Origin: a virus
Taxonomy: Duplodnaviria > Heunggongvirae > Uroviricota > Caudoviricetes
Virus record (IMG/VR): IMGVR_UViG_3300035682_000012
Location: 6,073-70,072 of that record
Strand: one strand, 5' to 3'
Length of the DNA: 64,000 nucleotides
The notes beneath the pieces are model-generated. The model saw only the letters and a list, made by a program, of their open reading frames with translations, had not been told where the DNA came from and ran no database searches. The position numbers and the translations under genes were made by a program. Each line of letters starts with the position of its first letter. Positions within the stretch are counted from its first letter, which is position 1. Positions 1 to 10,014 of the stretch are shown here, in pieces.

Positions 1-352
1 TTAGTGGTAATCTTAGTAGAATATACCGCAATCTCTCTATCTACCTGTTGTAATTTTAAGTTCTGTTGTTGGAACGCATTTGAAAGATAACCAAATATAC
101 CCGCCGATGTAATTACCATCAATAATGCAACTGCCGATACCAAATACCACTTATTAAATCCACCTATATCATTCCACTTTTGTTTTAGATAAGTTGCTGC
201 TACTAATTTGGCAAATTCCAATGAACCTGCCATTACCATTACAGATAAAGCTGCTCCACTAAATAGAACACCCAATCCCGTTACTGAAAAGTACGCAGCA
301 CACCCAGCAATGATTAATGCGGATATTCCTACTAACCATTTTAACCAATTCA
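1..352 (-). CDS. membrane protein, 3' end outside window (start ATG at 352; MNWLKWLVGISALIIAGCAAYFSV...)
   Basis: Open minus-strand frame running off the window start; several hydrophobic helices; not in the ORF table because it has no in-window stop. Confidence 0.45.
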
Positions 353-535
353 TTATCCCTCTCTTTCTAAGTCAATTAAATCATTAACCTTGCCTAATGC
401 AAACAATACTTCATCAAACATTTTGACTGCATCTATGTTTGTGATTTGTTTACTACCTTCTGCTGCTTGTTTTAAGAAGTTTGTTCTAATTTCAATTGCT
501 TCTAAACTTTTTCTGATTTGTTCTTTGTATCTCAT
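353..535 (-). CDS. hypothetical protein (60 aa)
   Basis: Minus-strand ORF packed between neighbours; charged, helical sequence. Confidence 0.4.
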   Translation of the reverse strand: MRYKEQIRKSLEAIEIRTNFLKQAAEGSKQITNIDAVKMFDEVLFALGKVNDLIDLEREG

Positions 536-547
536 ACACTTTATTTT

Positions 548-1384
548 TTATAAATATTTGTTATTTAGAAATCCAACTATACCATTCGCCCATAGTTGGT
601 GAGCTTGAAAGCCAGGATGTCCATCATTTATTACATCAACCCCAATTTCATCGAATATTCTTGTTTTAGTTTTTTCACTTAATGTAACGATATTATTTTC
701 AATTTCACCATTAATTTGTAATTTTAAAATTCTATTATTACGAAAATTTGGAATAAATTTATTAAAATCAATTTGGCTAATAAAATAAGTGTAATTACCC
801 GATATGTAATATTCTATATTATGTAATTCAAAAAATGAACATAATCCTAAATATTTTTTAGCAGTTTCTAACTCCCATTGAATTGGATTTATAAAATTAT
901 TTGAATATTGTTTAATTATAGGAGTAATAGTATCTTTGTAGAATTCATCTTTTATTTGACCCTCATTAATCCAATTGAATGCAGTGTGTACACCTTCTAC
1001 TTTTCCATTACTATCATAATTAGTATTTGCAATTAAATATTTATTGTATTTGTTTGAAAACACATCTAATCTATTTATCGCATCAGGTAATTCTAATATG
1101 AATAGGGTTTTTTTAACTTCATCTAATGTATTTTTTAGAATGTAATCATATACTTTTCTAATAATTCTATCCGTACCACTACCACACTTTGCATCATTTA
1201 TTATTTTAATCGCCAATTGCTTTCCAACTAATGTAGGATAACAAACATCTACTTGTGATTCATATTCGAATCCGTATTGTTCTTTATATGCTGCTCTAAC
1301 GTGTTCTTTCTTTGCTTCAAATCCACCACCTTCGGTAAACGAGCAACCATTAAAATATATTTGATTAAATTTATCTTGTATCAT
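548..1384 (-). CDS. SGNH/GDSL-like hydrolase, paralog 1
   Basis: N-terminal block I 'IYFNGCSFTEGGGF'; C-terminal block V 'NDGHPG' (DxxH); same architecture as 7 other ORFs in the window. Confidence 0.6.
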   Translation of the reverse strand: MIQDKFNQIYFNGCSFTEGGGFEAKKEHVRAAYKEQYGFEYESQVDVCYPTLVGKQLAIKIINDAKCGSGTDRIIRKVYDYILKNTLDEVKKTLFILELPDAINRLDVFSNKYNKYLIANTNYDSNGKVEGVHTAFNWINEGQIKDEFYKDTITPIIKQYSNNFINPIQWELETAKKYLGLCSFFELHNIEYYISGNYTYFISQIDFNKFIPNFRNNRILKLQINGEIENNIVTLSEKTKTRIFDEIGVDVINDGHPGFQAHQLWANGIVGFLNNKYL

Positions 1385-1436
1385 AAAAAAAGGTAGTCTT
1401 TGTGACTACCTTTCAAATATACGAAATATAACTGAG

Positions 1437-1844
1437 TTATCCAACTTTAATGGATACTTTTTTTGGCTTCTTTTCTTCTATCTTAGGTAAAGAGATATGT
1501 AATATACCATCTTTTACCGTTGCTAATGTAGCACTAAGGTCCCAATTAGTTCCAATATTTAACATTTCATCAACAGGAAGTGCAATTGCATTCCAAATTT
1601 TATCATCGGTTTCTTTTTCTATTGATTTTACTTTAATAAAGTTTTGCTCAATTGTAATTTCTAATGTTTCCTTTGTTTGGCCAGGAACTGCTAATCCAAT
1701 TCGTAAGATATCTTCGTTTATATCAACTACTACTTGTTTGTGATTTGAAGTAGCTGTTCTTGTTTTTCTGGCCGCTGTCCAGTTTTGGTATGCATCATCT
1801 ACAAACCAATCGTTTAATAATCTGTCAAATTCATTAATAATCAT
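1437..1844 (-). CDS. Hsp20/alpha-crystallin small heat-shock protein
   Basis: C-terminal 'VKDGILHISLPKIEEKKPKKVSIKV' matches the sHSP 'G-V-L-x-[IV]-x-LPK ... I-x-I' signature; 135 aa. Confidence 0.7.
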   Translation of the reverse strand: MIINEFDRLLNDWFVDDAYQNWTAARKTRTATSNHKQVVVDINEDILRIGLAVPGQTKETLEITIEQNFIKVKSIEKETDDKIWNAIALPVDEMLNIGTNWDLSATLATVKDGILHISLPKIEEKKPKKVSIKVG

Positions 1845-1918
1845 AATTTAATTTTTTTTTGTTAATAATATTCTATATAGTTCAAATACTATACCATTGG
1901 GTTTAATCTGACAATTTG

Positions 1919-2593
1919 TTAGAATTTACCAACATTAAATGAAAATTTGTCATCTTTTACCGACTGTCTTTCAATTACCGTACTCATATGGTCTGCCCAA
2001 TGCATAATGTATTGAATATTTGATTTAAGATATTTTGATGTATCATATACTTTATAATATTTTTCATTGTCCTCATCGTATAGACCATCCGTAAGTTTTA
2101 TACCAAAATATTCGTTCTCATTAATTACAATACCATATTTGGATAATGTAAATAATGTTCTATCAGTTATTGCCATAAAAGAGTTTTTTTCATTTCTTTT
2201 GTATAACTCACCTCTATTTTCAATATGCCATTTAGAATCATTTGGTGCATAATGTAGTTCTTCTTTAGTACCCAATTTACCCAAATCATGATGTATTGCA
2301 ACAAATAGTAATTCTTCTTCGGTGAAATCACATACTCCACCCGCTTCTTCAAATGTTTTTTTCATTTTTAATGCGTTCTTACATACATTAAAGATATGGT
2401 CAATATACCCACCCTCATATGCATTGTGATAGTTTTTATTACCACTTGCAGGTGATACCATTAAGTTTCCACCTAATTCATCATCCGAGTACATAAACAA
2501 AAGTTTTTCTAATCTTTCGCCTGTAAAATATTTGTTAACGATGGCTAGAAACTTATCGTAGTTTGCTTTTAATTCTGCTTCTGTTTTTTTCAT
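1919..2593 (-). CDS. HD-domain phosphohydrolase-like protein
   Basis: 'GGYIDHIFNV' ... 'LLFVAIHHDLGKLG' fits the H...HD metal-binding motifs. Confidence 0.55.
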   Translation of the reverse strand: MKKTEAELKANYDKFLAIVNKYFTGERLEKLLFMYSDDELGGNLMVSPASGNKNYHNAYEGGYIDHIFNVCKNALKMKKTFEEAGGVCDFTEEELLFVAIHHDLGKLGTKEELHYAPNDSKWHIENRGELYKRNEKNSFMAITDRTLFTLSKYGIVINENEYFGIKLTDGLYDEDNEKYYKVYDTSKYLKSNIQYIMHWADHMSTVIERQSVKDDKFSFNVGKF

Positions 2594-2895
2594 TTTGTTA
2601 AATTTTCTTTTGTTAAGATTTTATATAAAAGTTCAATTTCTTCTTCGGTTTCTAACATTGGTAAATTATCAAATAGGGTTATTAAATATTCACCTTCATT
2701 TATTTCCATAGCTTTCCACTCGTCACTTGCGATAGATATCATTGTAGGTCTATTAATAGTTTTAAGCTCATCACCATTGGGTAGTGGTATAATCCAATAA
2801 TAATAATTATTTTCACCATCACTTTCTTCTATTTTAATTGCATTCCATCTTTTAAAAGAATGGTCGGTAATTGGTGTTTGTGGCATTGTTATCAT
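2590..2895 (-). CDS. hypothetical protein (101 aa)
   Basis: Minus-strand ORF, 4 bp overlap (ATGA) with its upstream neighbour. Confidence 0.5.
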   Translation of the reverse strand: MITMPQTPITDHSFKRWNAIKIEESDGENNYYYWIIPLPNGDELKTINRPTMISIASDEWKAMEINEGEYLITLFDNLPMLETEEEIELLYKILTKENLTK

Positions 2896-2919
2896 AAATC
2901 AAATATACAACTTTTTTTC

Positions 2920-3528
2920 CTAATCACAAATTATTCTAATAGATTTTTGTATTGAATCTATTTTTACATCTGAAAATAATTTTGAGTTTGGTATTTCAAT
3001 TGTGAATTTTGCTTTTCCTATAATTGTAATCGTATCACCTTTCATTTTATATATTGGTGCACCCATTGTATTTACCTCACCTGAAAAATATCCTAATTGT
3101 GATGTACCATTTACAATAGGAATTAATTCATCTTTTTGATTAATTAATGTCGGCAATTGTGATATTTGTAATTGACCGGTGTATGGATTAAAATAGGTTT
3201 TAACGATACTACCAACCGAATCACCGGCTTTTAAAAGCCAATAGTGAGAACTACTCCATTCTATTCTACCTGTAACAGGTGAAGGTATTTGATTAGGTTT
3301 ACCATCTACTAAAAATTTACCAGTAATTCTACTTAACGTTTGATTTGTTGTTGTAGATAATACTAAATGATAAAATCCATTATTATCCAATAATAAACTT
3401 TGTTTACCATTTGAATTTAATGCTGAATCAATTGTAAATGAAATAGTGTGTTGTGGTGGAATAGGTGTAACAATATCTTTATTACACGAACATAGTAAAA
3501 CTATGCCAATTAAGGATAAAATCTTCAT
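2920..3528 (-). CDS. predicted lipoprotein (signal peptide + lipobox 'LLCSCNKD')
   Basis: N-terminus MKILSLIGIVLLCSC; promoter-like motif AAAGATACGA 27 nt upstream. Confidence 0.55.
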   Translation of the reverse strand: MKILSLIGIVLLCSCNKDIVTPIPPQHTISFTIDSALNSNGKQSLLLDNNGFYHLVLSTTTNQTLSRITGKFLVDGKPNQIPSPVTGRIEWSSSHYWLLKAGDSVGSIVKTYFNPYTGQLQISQLPTLINQKDELIPIVNGTSQLGYFSGEVNTMGAPIYKMKGDTITIIGKAKFTIEIPNSKLFSDVKIDSIQKSIRIICD

Positions 3529-3553
3529 ATCTTAGGGTTTAATGTTTATACTT

Positions 3554-3563
3554 AAAGATACGA
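3554..3563 (-). promoter_or_regulatory. promoter-like motif AAAGATACGA (TCGTATCTTT on the coding strand)
   Basis: 27 nt upstream of the ATG at 3528; same motif at 25716, 29257, 32276, 45554, 53937, 62027 and variants at 1415, 19131, 19864, 60004. Confidence 0.5.
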
Positions 3564-3583
3564 AATTATTAGGACTTTACCAA

Positions 3584-4360
3584 TTATTTTAGAATATTTG
3601 TTGTAATTAATTGATTATTAACAAGATATGTATATAATTTTTTTGAATATTCTTTATTATGTATGTATCCTGGATGTGCACCATCAATACCATAATCTAT
3701 AAATGGATAAAATTCACCATCAAATCTATTATTATCATTATAATCATTAGTTGCATACCATCCATTCCAAACCCAATTACATTGTTTTGATTCTAAAAAT
3801 AATTTTATTAATTGATGGTTTTTATACCAATTGATAAAATTGTTTGATTTATTTAATAAAGTAAGATGTGCATTATGTTCATTTACACCATTTTCGGTTT
3901 CTTTAAAATACCCCCAACTTTTATGGTGGAATGGTTCTATACCACCTTCATTGGTATAAAATTCTCGTCTATGTGATTCGGTATACATAATTAAAACTAA
4001 ATCAGGTTTTACTAAATCGTAATATGTCATCAAACAACGGGTGATATAATCATTACTTCTACCACCACATCCGAAATTTAAATCAACTCCATTTGGTATT
4101 AATTTACACAATTGATGTGACCATGTTTCGTTATCATTTACACCAACTCCCTCAGTAATAGAACAACCTAATGACATTACCTTAAACCCTTCTTTTTTTA
4201 TACTAGCTCCTCTAAACCCCAATTCATTATAAGTGTAAGTGCAATTTCCTGTAATATCTGAACCCGAATCTTTATATGTTTGATTAACTCTTTCACTTAA
4301 ATTGTTTCTAAACGATGATATTTCAAATCCTTCAGGATTCCAATATTCTAATGGTTTCAT
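3584..4360 (-). CDS. SGNH-like hydrolase, paralog 2
   Basis: 'VMSLGCSITEGVGV' (block I), 'GCGGRSNDY', C-terminal 'DGAHPGYIH' (DxxH). Confidence 0.5.
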   Translation of the reverse strand: MKPLEYWNPEGFEISSFRNNLSERVNQTYKDSGSDITGNCTYTYNELGFRGASIKKEGFKVMSLGCSITEGVGVNDNETWSHQLCKLIPNGVDLNFGCGGRSNDYITRCLMTYYDLVKPDLVLIMYTESHRREFYTNEGGIEPFHHKSWGYFKETENGVNEHNAHLTLLNKSNNFINWYKNHQLIKLFLESKQCNWVWNGWYATNDYNDNNRFDGEFYPFIDYGIDGAHPGYIHNKEYSKKLYTYLVNNQLITTNILK

Positions 4361-4914
4361 ATTAATTTATCTATTTTAAATTCTTTCTCTAATGTTGTAC
4401 AATATATACTCATTTCTCTAATTTCAATTTCCTGAGGTTGTTTTATTAACCAATTTATCATTTTTGCAAGATTTTCAGTATCTAATTTATTTAAACTTTC
4501 AAACCCCGTATGTGTTGATAGTGTAGATGGATATAAATTTATAACTCTAACTTTTTTATTTTTATAATTTGTAATGGTATTTAAAGATACTTTTTTTAAT
4601 TCTTTTTTATTATTTGCATATTCAGGAGACCAATCGGATGAATGATAAACACAACTACTATTCATATTAATAATTGTTTTTGGTAAAAATTTCCATTTGT
4701 CAAAAATTAATTCAAATAATATTGTTTGATAATTTTTTTCATATGCGTTGTTTATAAAAACATCACAATTTTCTAATTGTTCAATAATTTTATTTGGGGT
4801 TTTTATATTAAAACCATTACTTCTACTAAATCCTATAACATCGTATTCTTTTATTAAATTTAAATAAATATCATTTCCAATTCCCTCTGAGTGGCCTGTG
4901 ATTGCAATTTTCAT
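4357..4914 (-). CDS. short-chain dehydrogenase/reductase-like NAD(P)-binding protein
   Basis: N-terminal Rossmann motif 'MKIAITGHSEGIGNDI' (TGxxxGIG); 185 aa. Confidence 0.5.
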   Translation of the reverse strand: MKIAITGHSEGIGNDIYLNLIKEYDVIGFSRSNGFNIKTPNKIIEQLENCDVFINNAYEKNYQTILFELIFDKWKFLPKTIINMNSSCVYHSSDWSPEYANNKKELKKVSLNTITNYKNKKVRVINLYPSTLSTHTGFESLNKLDTENLAKMINWLIKQPQEIEIREMSIYCTTLEKEFKIDKLI

Positions 4915-5432
4915 ATTAGTGACGTTTTTGGGAAATCTAAATTATTAATATGTAAAAATCCAATTATACTCCATCTTTCACCTTTTATTATTTTTTTTAC
5001 TTCATGCATTCTTTGACTAGGAAAAGTATATATGTTACCTGTTTCTTTTGGTAATTGTTCTTTTGGATTATATAAAACAAATTCTCCTCCATCATAATCA
5101 TTGTTTAAACATACTCCCACATTGTGTATTTGTGTTTTATAATATGTGTCGGTGTGTTTTTCAAATTGTTGGCCTTCAATATATTTGTGTATGTATATTT
5201 TATCTAATTCTTTTTTTATTTTTAAATTAGTTTTATTTGTAAAATACATGTGAATTTTATCAAATACCCATTGAGTTTTTTCGTTTCTATTAATTAACCA
5301 CACATCATAGTTTACCTTAAAAGTTTTATCATTATTGGAATATTCATGTTTACCAAAAGAATCTAATTGTTCTAATTCCTTTGATAAATTGATTATGTAA
5401 GTACATTCCTCTTTACTAAATACGATTTTCAT
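4911..5432 (-). CDS. 2OG-Fe(II) oxygenase superfamily protein
   Basis: 'FEKHTDTYY' (HxD) ... 'RMHEVKKIIKGERWSIIGF' (distal His plus 2OG-binding Arg). Confidence 0.55.
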   Translation of the reverse strand: MKIVFSKEECTYIINLSKELEQLDSFGKHEYSNNDKTFKVNYDVWLINRNEKTQWVFDKIHMYFTNKTNLKIKKELDKIYIHKYIEGQQFEKHTDTYYKTQIHNVGVCLNNDYDGGEFVLYNPKEQLPKETGNIYTFPSQRMHEVKKIIKGERWSIIGFLHINNLDFPKTSLI

Positions 5433-6607
5433 TAAATTAAAGTTTTAGGAATTGTTAAATTTTGAACATCACATATTTTATTTAAAAAAAGTTCTTTATA
5501 TATTTGTTTTCTATATTGAAAATCAAAATATAATTTTTGATTAAATTTACATATATCCAAAACCTCTTTACTATTATAAACATTTGATAATTCTAATGCA
5601 CTATCTATAATTTTTTTTATTTTATCTTTACCATTCATTTCATCATAATCCTCGTTGATTACTGAATTAAATGTTTTAAATCCCATATCTCTTAATGTTT
5701 TAAGATAGTGTTTTGATGGCGCATATATAACAAAGGGAACGCCTAAATAAATTGGTTTCCATGTTTTTTCCGTAATATGAATTCTATTGTCATATAACAT
5801 CGTTTCACTTATAATATTAACTTTACTTTGATAATACCAGTTTGGATTTATTATATGTAAATTCTCTTCCTGCATAATTACATCAGTAGTGTATGATACA
5901 TCATCTTCCAATTGAATTGATTTAAAAGCATTTACGTCTATATTGTATTCTAATATCAATTCTTTATTTATATTATTGATGGATACGAAATTCTTTATCC
6001 AAGTAAATCTGGTATCATTTAGTAATCCCCTATTATACAATTCTTCAATAATTTTATATTTTTTATCAGTCATTCTTCTATTTAAACATAAGAATTTTTT
6101 ATTAGGTATTGTTTTATTATTGGTTACAATATCTTTAATATATTTGTTTAGGTTATCATATGTTGCTAAGAAAAAATGTGGAAAAAATAAAGTATTCAAT
6201 ACAAATTTATCATATTTTATTTTGTGAAACCCAACTTTAGAAAAATCATTGTTTATAACAATTAATTTATTAATATCAAATTTATTATTGTTTAATATAT
6301 TAAGAAACTTTGAAAATACTTCATCTTTAAAAAGCTCGGCCTCGCCTCCATCTGCAATAAAATAAAAATTTTTACTTTGTAATTTAGTTAACAATGCTAT
6401 AAATTCAATAGAATGTGTATGTGCTGTGTTTTTATTATGTGGAACCGTCCATTCGTTTTCTAATAAAAAAACTAAAAAATTTAATTTTGTAGTGTCTATG
6501 GTATTGGTATCAATATTATTGAATAAGATACTATTATCTATTTTTTCAATTGAATTTCTAATGTTTGTATTTGGTAGAATATCACTATACCAAAATTGAA
6601 TTTTCAT
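5432..6607 (-). CDS. GT10-family (alpha-1,3-fucosyltransferase-like) glycosyltransferase, paralog
   Basis: 'VNIISETMLYDNRIHITEKTWKPIYLGVPFVIYAP' matches the FucT motif 'FENS..DY[IV]TEK.W....G.VPVV'. Confidence 0.55.
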   Translation of the reverse strand: MKIQFWYSDILPNTNIRNSIEKIDNSILFNNIDTNTIDTTKLNFLVFLLENEWTVPHNKNTAHTHSIEFIALLTKLQSKNFYFIADGGEAELFKDEVFSKFLNILNNNKFDINKLIVINNDFSKVGFHKIKYDKFVLNTLFFPHFFLATYDNLNKYIKDIVTNNKTIPNKKFLCLNRRMTDKKYKIIEELYNRGLLNDTRFTWIKNFVSINNINKELILEYNIDVNAFKSIQLEDDVSYTTDVIMQEENLHIINPNWYYQSKVNIISETMLYDNRIHITEKTWKPIYLGVPFVIYAPSKHYLKTLRDMGFKTFNSVINEDYDEMNGKDKIKKIIDSALELSNVYNSKEVLDICKFNQKLYFDFQYRKQIYKELFLNKICDVQNLTIPKTLI

Positions 6608-7651
6608 TTATATTAAAGTTTTATTTGTAGTATCAATAAACTCATATAAATTATGGAATAGATTTTGATTTTTCCATATTTTATTAAATTCTTTTTTAAA
6701 TAATTCATGTTCCGGATGTTCCGTATCCCATACCTGTTTTAATTTGAATTCACCCTCAGAAAATGTTCCCCAATTAGTTATCTTACCAAAAAACACATTT
6801 ACTTTTTTACCAAAAATAGAATACATTAAATTATAAAATGTTTCCATCTCCATATAGTTACTATCTTGTACAACAAAAGATGTCTTTACACTTATTTTTG
6901 GTAAGGTATTAATGAATTTTAAATTGTTCATTAAGTTTTCCCAATTACCACCTATCCTTGTTTTATTTTCATATGTGTCTTTAGTCCCAGCATCTATACT
7001 AATTTCACAACTTGTTACATATTTGTGCACATTTGGCATACTATCCCACATTTCTTTATTCCACATAGATGCGTTTGTATGTAAATGTATTCTTACTAAT
7101 TGAGGATATTTTTTAGGATTAAAATTTCTTAAATAGTTTCTAAATCCAACTGAAACAAATGGGTCTCCTGAACCTGTAATGTATAAAGTTTTCACGTGTT
7201 TTGAATAATATGTATCAATATCTTCAATCGTTTTTTCAACTCGCTTTATACCTTCACTATTTTCAACAATCAAATCAACTCTACATGATGGACATTTGTA
7301 ATTACAAGTTCTATCGAAATTCATTACCAAATATTCAGGTGTATTATTTTTTATAATTGGACTATTAATGTTTGAATTTGATTTTAAAATAACTGGGCCT
7401 GATGTCACTCCAAAATTTACTAATTTATTTAAATAAGGACAAAGCTCTTTACTACAATATTTAAACGAACCGTCTAAAATAGAATTTCTAATATCTACAA
7501 CCGGTTTACTATTATAAACATCTTTTAGTGGTATTTCACTAAGTTCTACTTTGTTTGATAACCAAGATGGACAACAAACAAAACAAACATTATTATGTAT
7601 TTCTAATGAGGTGAATGGTACGTTACATGTATAATTTTTTAAATCTACCAT
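6608..7651 (-). CDS. radical SAM enzyme
   Basis: 'CNYKCPSC' (CX3CX2C) followed by 'YITGSGDPF' glycine-rich SAM motif; extra N-terminal Cys cluster. Confidence 0.7.
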   Translation of the reverse strand: MVDLKNYTCNVPFTSLEIHNNVCFVCCPSWLSNKVELSEIPLKDVYNSKPVVDIRNSILDGSFKYCSKELCPYLNKLVNFGVTSGPVILKSNSNINSPIIKNNTPEYLVMNFDRTCNYKCPSCRVDLIVENSEGIKRVEKTIEDIDTYYSKHVKTLYITGSGDPFVSVGFRNYLRNFNPKKYPQLVRIHLHTNASMWNKEMWDSMPNVHKYVTSCEISIDAGTKDTYENKTRIGGNWENLMNNLKFINTLPKISVKTSFVVQDSNYMEMETFYNLMYSIFGKKVNVFFGKITNWGTFSEGEFKLKQVWDTEHPEHELFKKEFNKIWKNQNLFHNLYEFIDTTNKTLI

Positions 7652-7704
7652 AATATAGTATCACAAAAATCATTTGTTAATATCTTTTTATATATTGTCA
7701 TATA

Positions 7705-8397
7705 CTATATTAATTGGTTTCTTTTCTCAAATGGTTTTTCAAATTTTTCCCAAACAAACGATTTTAATTCATCATTTATTATTAATTTATTTGTTCTTTT
7801 TGTTGATTTGTTTTTATTTTCTAATATCAATCTTTCACCAAATTTATTTTCAATAAAATCTACAAATTTATCTATGTCTTTAATATCAAACTCATATGTA
7901 CATTTTTTATTACTTTTCCAATATTGTTCAGAAATCAATGTGGTACTAATTAATAAGTTAGGCATATTGTTAATTTCTACTAATTTCTCTTGTCCCGGTT
8001 TTAAAAAATTGTTAATACATTTTAAAGTTCCGGTTTCTGTTGCTAAATGTAAATTATTAATAAAATTATTGTCAAATATGGTATAAATAATTTCGTTAGT
8101 TAAATCTTCCCATTTACATATTGGTTCAAATGGAAGTTCATATTCAATTATATCCCAAATATGGTTTATTGAACTCAACCATTTATCAAACCAATCTCTA
8201 GTAATACACACACTTTCTTTATTTCCAAAATATTTTAAAGATGCATCTAACGATACGTGAATATGTTTATTATGTGTTGATTCTCTATGGTATTTTTCTG
8301 ATTTTATTTTAGAATCTAATATTGCGTTTTCTATTGAAACACTAGCACACTTAGGTGTAATTATCCATATAATATTATCATTTATTAAATAAGACAT
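7705..8397 (-). CDS. sulfotransferase-like protein (tentative)
   Basis: 'IITPKCASVSI' resembles the 5'-PSB P-loop (PK.G[ST]T); 'ITRDWFDKWLSS' resembles the 3'-PB RDP.xR..S motif. Confidence 0.4.
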   Translation of the reverse strand: MSYLINDNIIWIITPKCASVSIENAILDSKIKSEKYHRESTHNKHIHVSLDASLKYFGNKESVCITRDWFDKWLSSINHIWDIIEYELPFEPICKWEDLTNEIIYTIFDNNFINNLHLATETGTLKCINNFLKPGQEKLVEINNMPNLLISTTLISEQYWKSNKKCTYEFDIKDIDKFVDFIENKFGERLILENKNKSTKRTNKLIINDELKSFVWEKFEKPFEKRNQLI

Positions 8398-8399
8398 TA

Positions 8400-8717
8400 T
8401 TATAACATTGTTTTATTGTTTTTAGAATTAGTGATATATCCATATTTAATAAAATGTTCTGTTTCTACATCCTTCCACTTATGTAATGGACATGAACCTT
8501 TTTTATCTAAATGTGTTTTTTTAGTATATACTTTTGCGGATAGTGGACATCCACATTGACCACATTTTAATGACCACTCTTTTCCATTTAAAATTTCCTG
8601 TTTATGTGGACACGTTATACATATTGCAAATCTATTATCTGCTAATTCCTTTTGTTCTGGTGTATGATTTATTTTACTATACCACGCACCTATAATTTCT
8701 TTAAAATCTAATTTCAT
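8400..8717 (-). CDS. Cys-rich zinc-binding protein (105 aa)
   Basis: 'CITCPHK ... CGQCGCPL ... CPLH' cysteine clusters. Confidence 0.5.
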   Translation of the reverse strand: MKLDFKEIIGAWYSKINHTPEQKELADNRFAICITCPHKQEILNGKEWSLKCGQCGCPLSAKVYTKKTHLDKKGSCPLHKWKDVETEHFIKYGYITNSKNNKTML

Positions 8718-8718
8718 A

Positions 8719-9300
8719 TTATAATAATGTTTTTTTGTAATCTTTTTTTTCTATCAATTTTACCCAATTAACTAAAGTATAACGAGTGCCACTTTTTATC
8801 ATCTGTACCCTATGTTCAATATTAGATAAAAATAGTATTAAATTACCCGTACCCTTTTCAATTGTTAATATTTCATTTTTTTCATCTTTTATTTGTAAAT
8901 CACCTTCTTTATAATCATCATTTAATTGTATTACTAATGAACAATATCTATCATAATCTGATACCTTATCTTCAATCACATCTTTGTGCCAATTAAAATG
9001 TCCACCCGGATGATATTCAGTAAACTGAAATTGACTTTCTTCAAAATCTAAATCAAACCCCTTAACAAAAATATGTTTATTTAATAATTTACTCATTTTT
9101 TCTAATAAAAATGGAAATTTTTTATAGTATGGGTAAAATACTTGATTTGATTTTCTAACATCTGTGTTAATATTATCGTCCATATAATCGGTAACAATTT
9201 TTGATGGGACTAATTCTAATTCTTTTAATGAAAAATCTAATATCTGATTACATTCTTCTTTTGTTAAGAAGGTGGGTTCTATTGTATATGTAAATGCCAT
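8719..9300 (-). CDS. 2OG-Fe(II) oxygenase (prolyl 4-hydroxylase-like)
   Basis: 'YHPGGHFNWHKDV' (HxD) ... 'IEHRV' second His. Confidence 0.6.
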   Translation of the reverse strand: MAFTYTIEPTFLTKEECNQILDFSLKELELVPSKIVTDYMDDNINTDVRKSNQVFYPYYKKFPFLLEKMSKLLNKHIFVKGFDLDFEESQFQFTEYHPGGHFNWHKDVIEDKVSDYDRYCSLVIQLNDDYKEGDLQIKDEKNEILTIEKGTGNLILFLSNIEHRVQMIKSGTRYTLVNWVKLIEKKDYKKTLL

Positions 9301-9312
9301 AACTTATTTATA

Positions 9313-9843
9313 TTATAATAATGATTTTGTTTTTTTGGTGTTATAGTTAACCGGCATCCAATGTAAAAAAAATTGTAACACTCTTTCATTTTCATTACAA
9401 ATTAATATGTCTCTCCAATGTATTGTTTTATCCGCATCAAATAATAGGATACCATCGCCTGCATTTATATTAAAACAATGTGGTTGGTTATTAATTTCCG
9501 CACAAATGGGCCATTCTTTATCAATAGTGGATTCTAAACATATAGACATTGTAACACTAATATCCGTTCTATCTATGTGTTTTTCTAAATAAGAATTATT
9601 TTTATATTGTCTAACATATGTGTTAACATTTGTTAAATCATCTATATTACAATTAATTTCTAAAATTTTTGATTTTAACGTATCCAAATATGTGTTGAAT
9701 ATGTACGAAGGTTCGAATCCATACGAATAACCAGTATCTTTTGGTATATCAAAAGAAGCGTTAATCTTTTTTTCAATATCGAATTGGTTTGTAAGATTAA
9801 TACATTCTTCTTTTGTTAATATACCTTTTATAAGGTGTATCAT
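9313..9843 (-). CDS. probable 2OG-Fe(II) oxygenase-like protein
   Basis: 'LEKHIDRTD' (HxD) and a later 'IHWRD'; adjacent to another oxygenase. Confidence 0.4.
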   Translation of the reverse strand: MIHLIKGILTKEECINLTNQFDIEKKINASFDIPKDTGYSYGFEPSYIFNTYLDTLKSKILEINCNIDDLTNVNTYVRQYKNNSYLEKHIDRTDISVTMSICLESTIDKEWPICAEINNQPHCFNINAGDGILLFDADKTIHWRDILICNENERVLQFFLHWMPVNYNTKKTKSLL

Positions 9844-10014
9844 ATAACTAATTATTAGATGATTATTAAATCACTATGAGTTTGCGATTACTATTAAATT
9901 ACCAATTGTTGTCATTGTGGTATTTAAAGTATTGATGTCTGTATTTGATATTATGTTTGCCATTTTATTTTATTTTATACTATATTAATATATTTTTTTA
10001 GTTGATTCTTTTTA

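Noticed and set aside
9700-9725. tRNA-like T-loop sequence GGTTCGAATCC at 9707
   Set aside because: It lies inside the 9313..9843 coding sequence, and the flanking bases cannot form a T-stem or acceptor stem. No cloverleaf is present.
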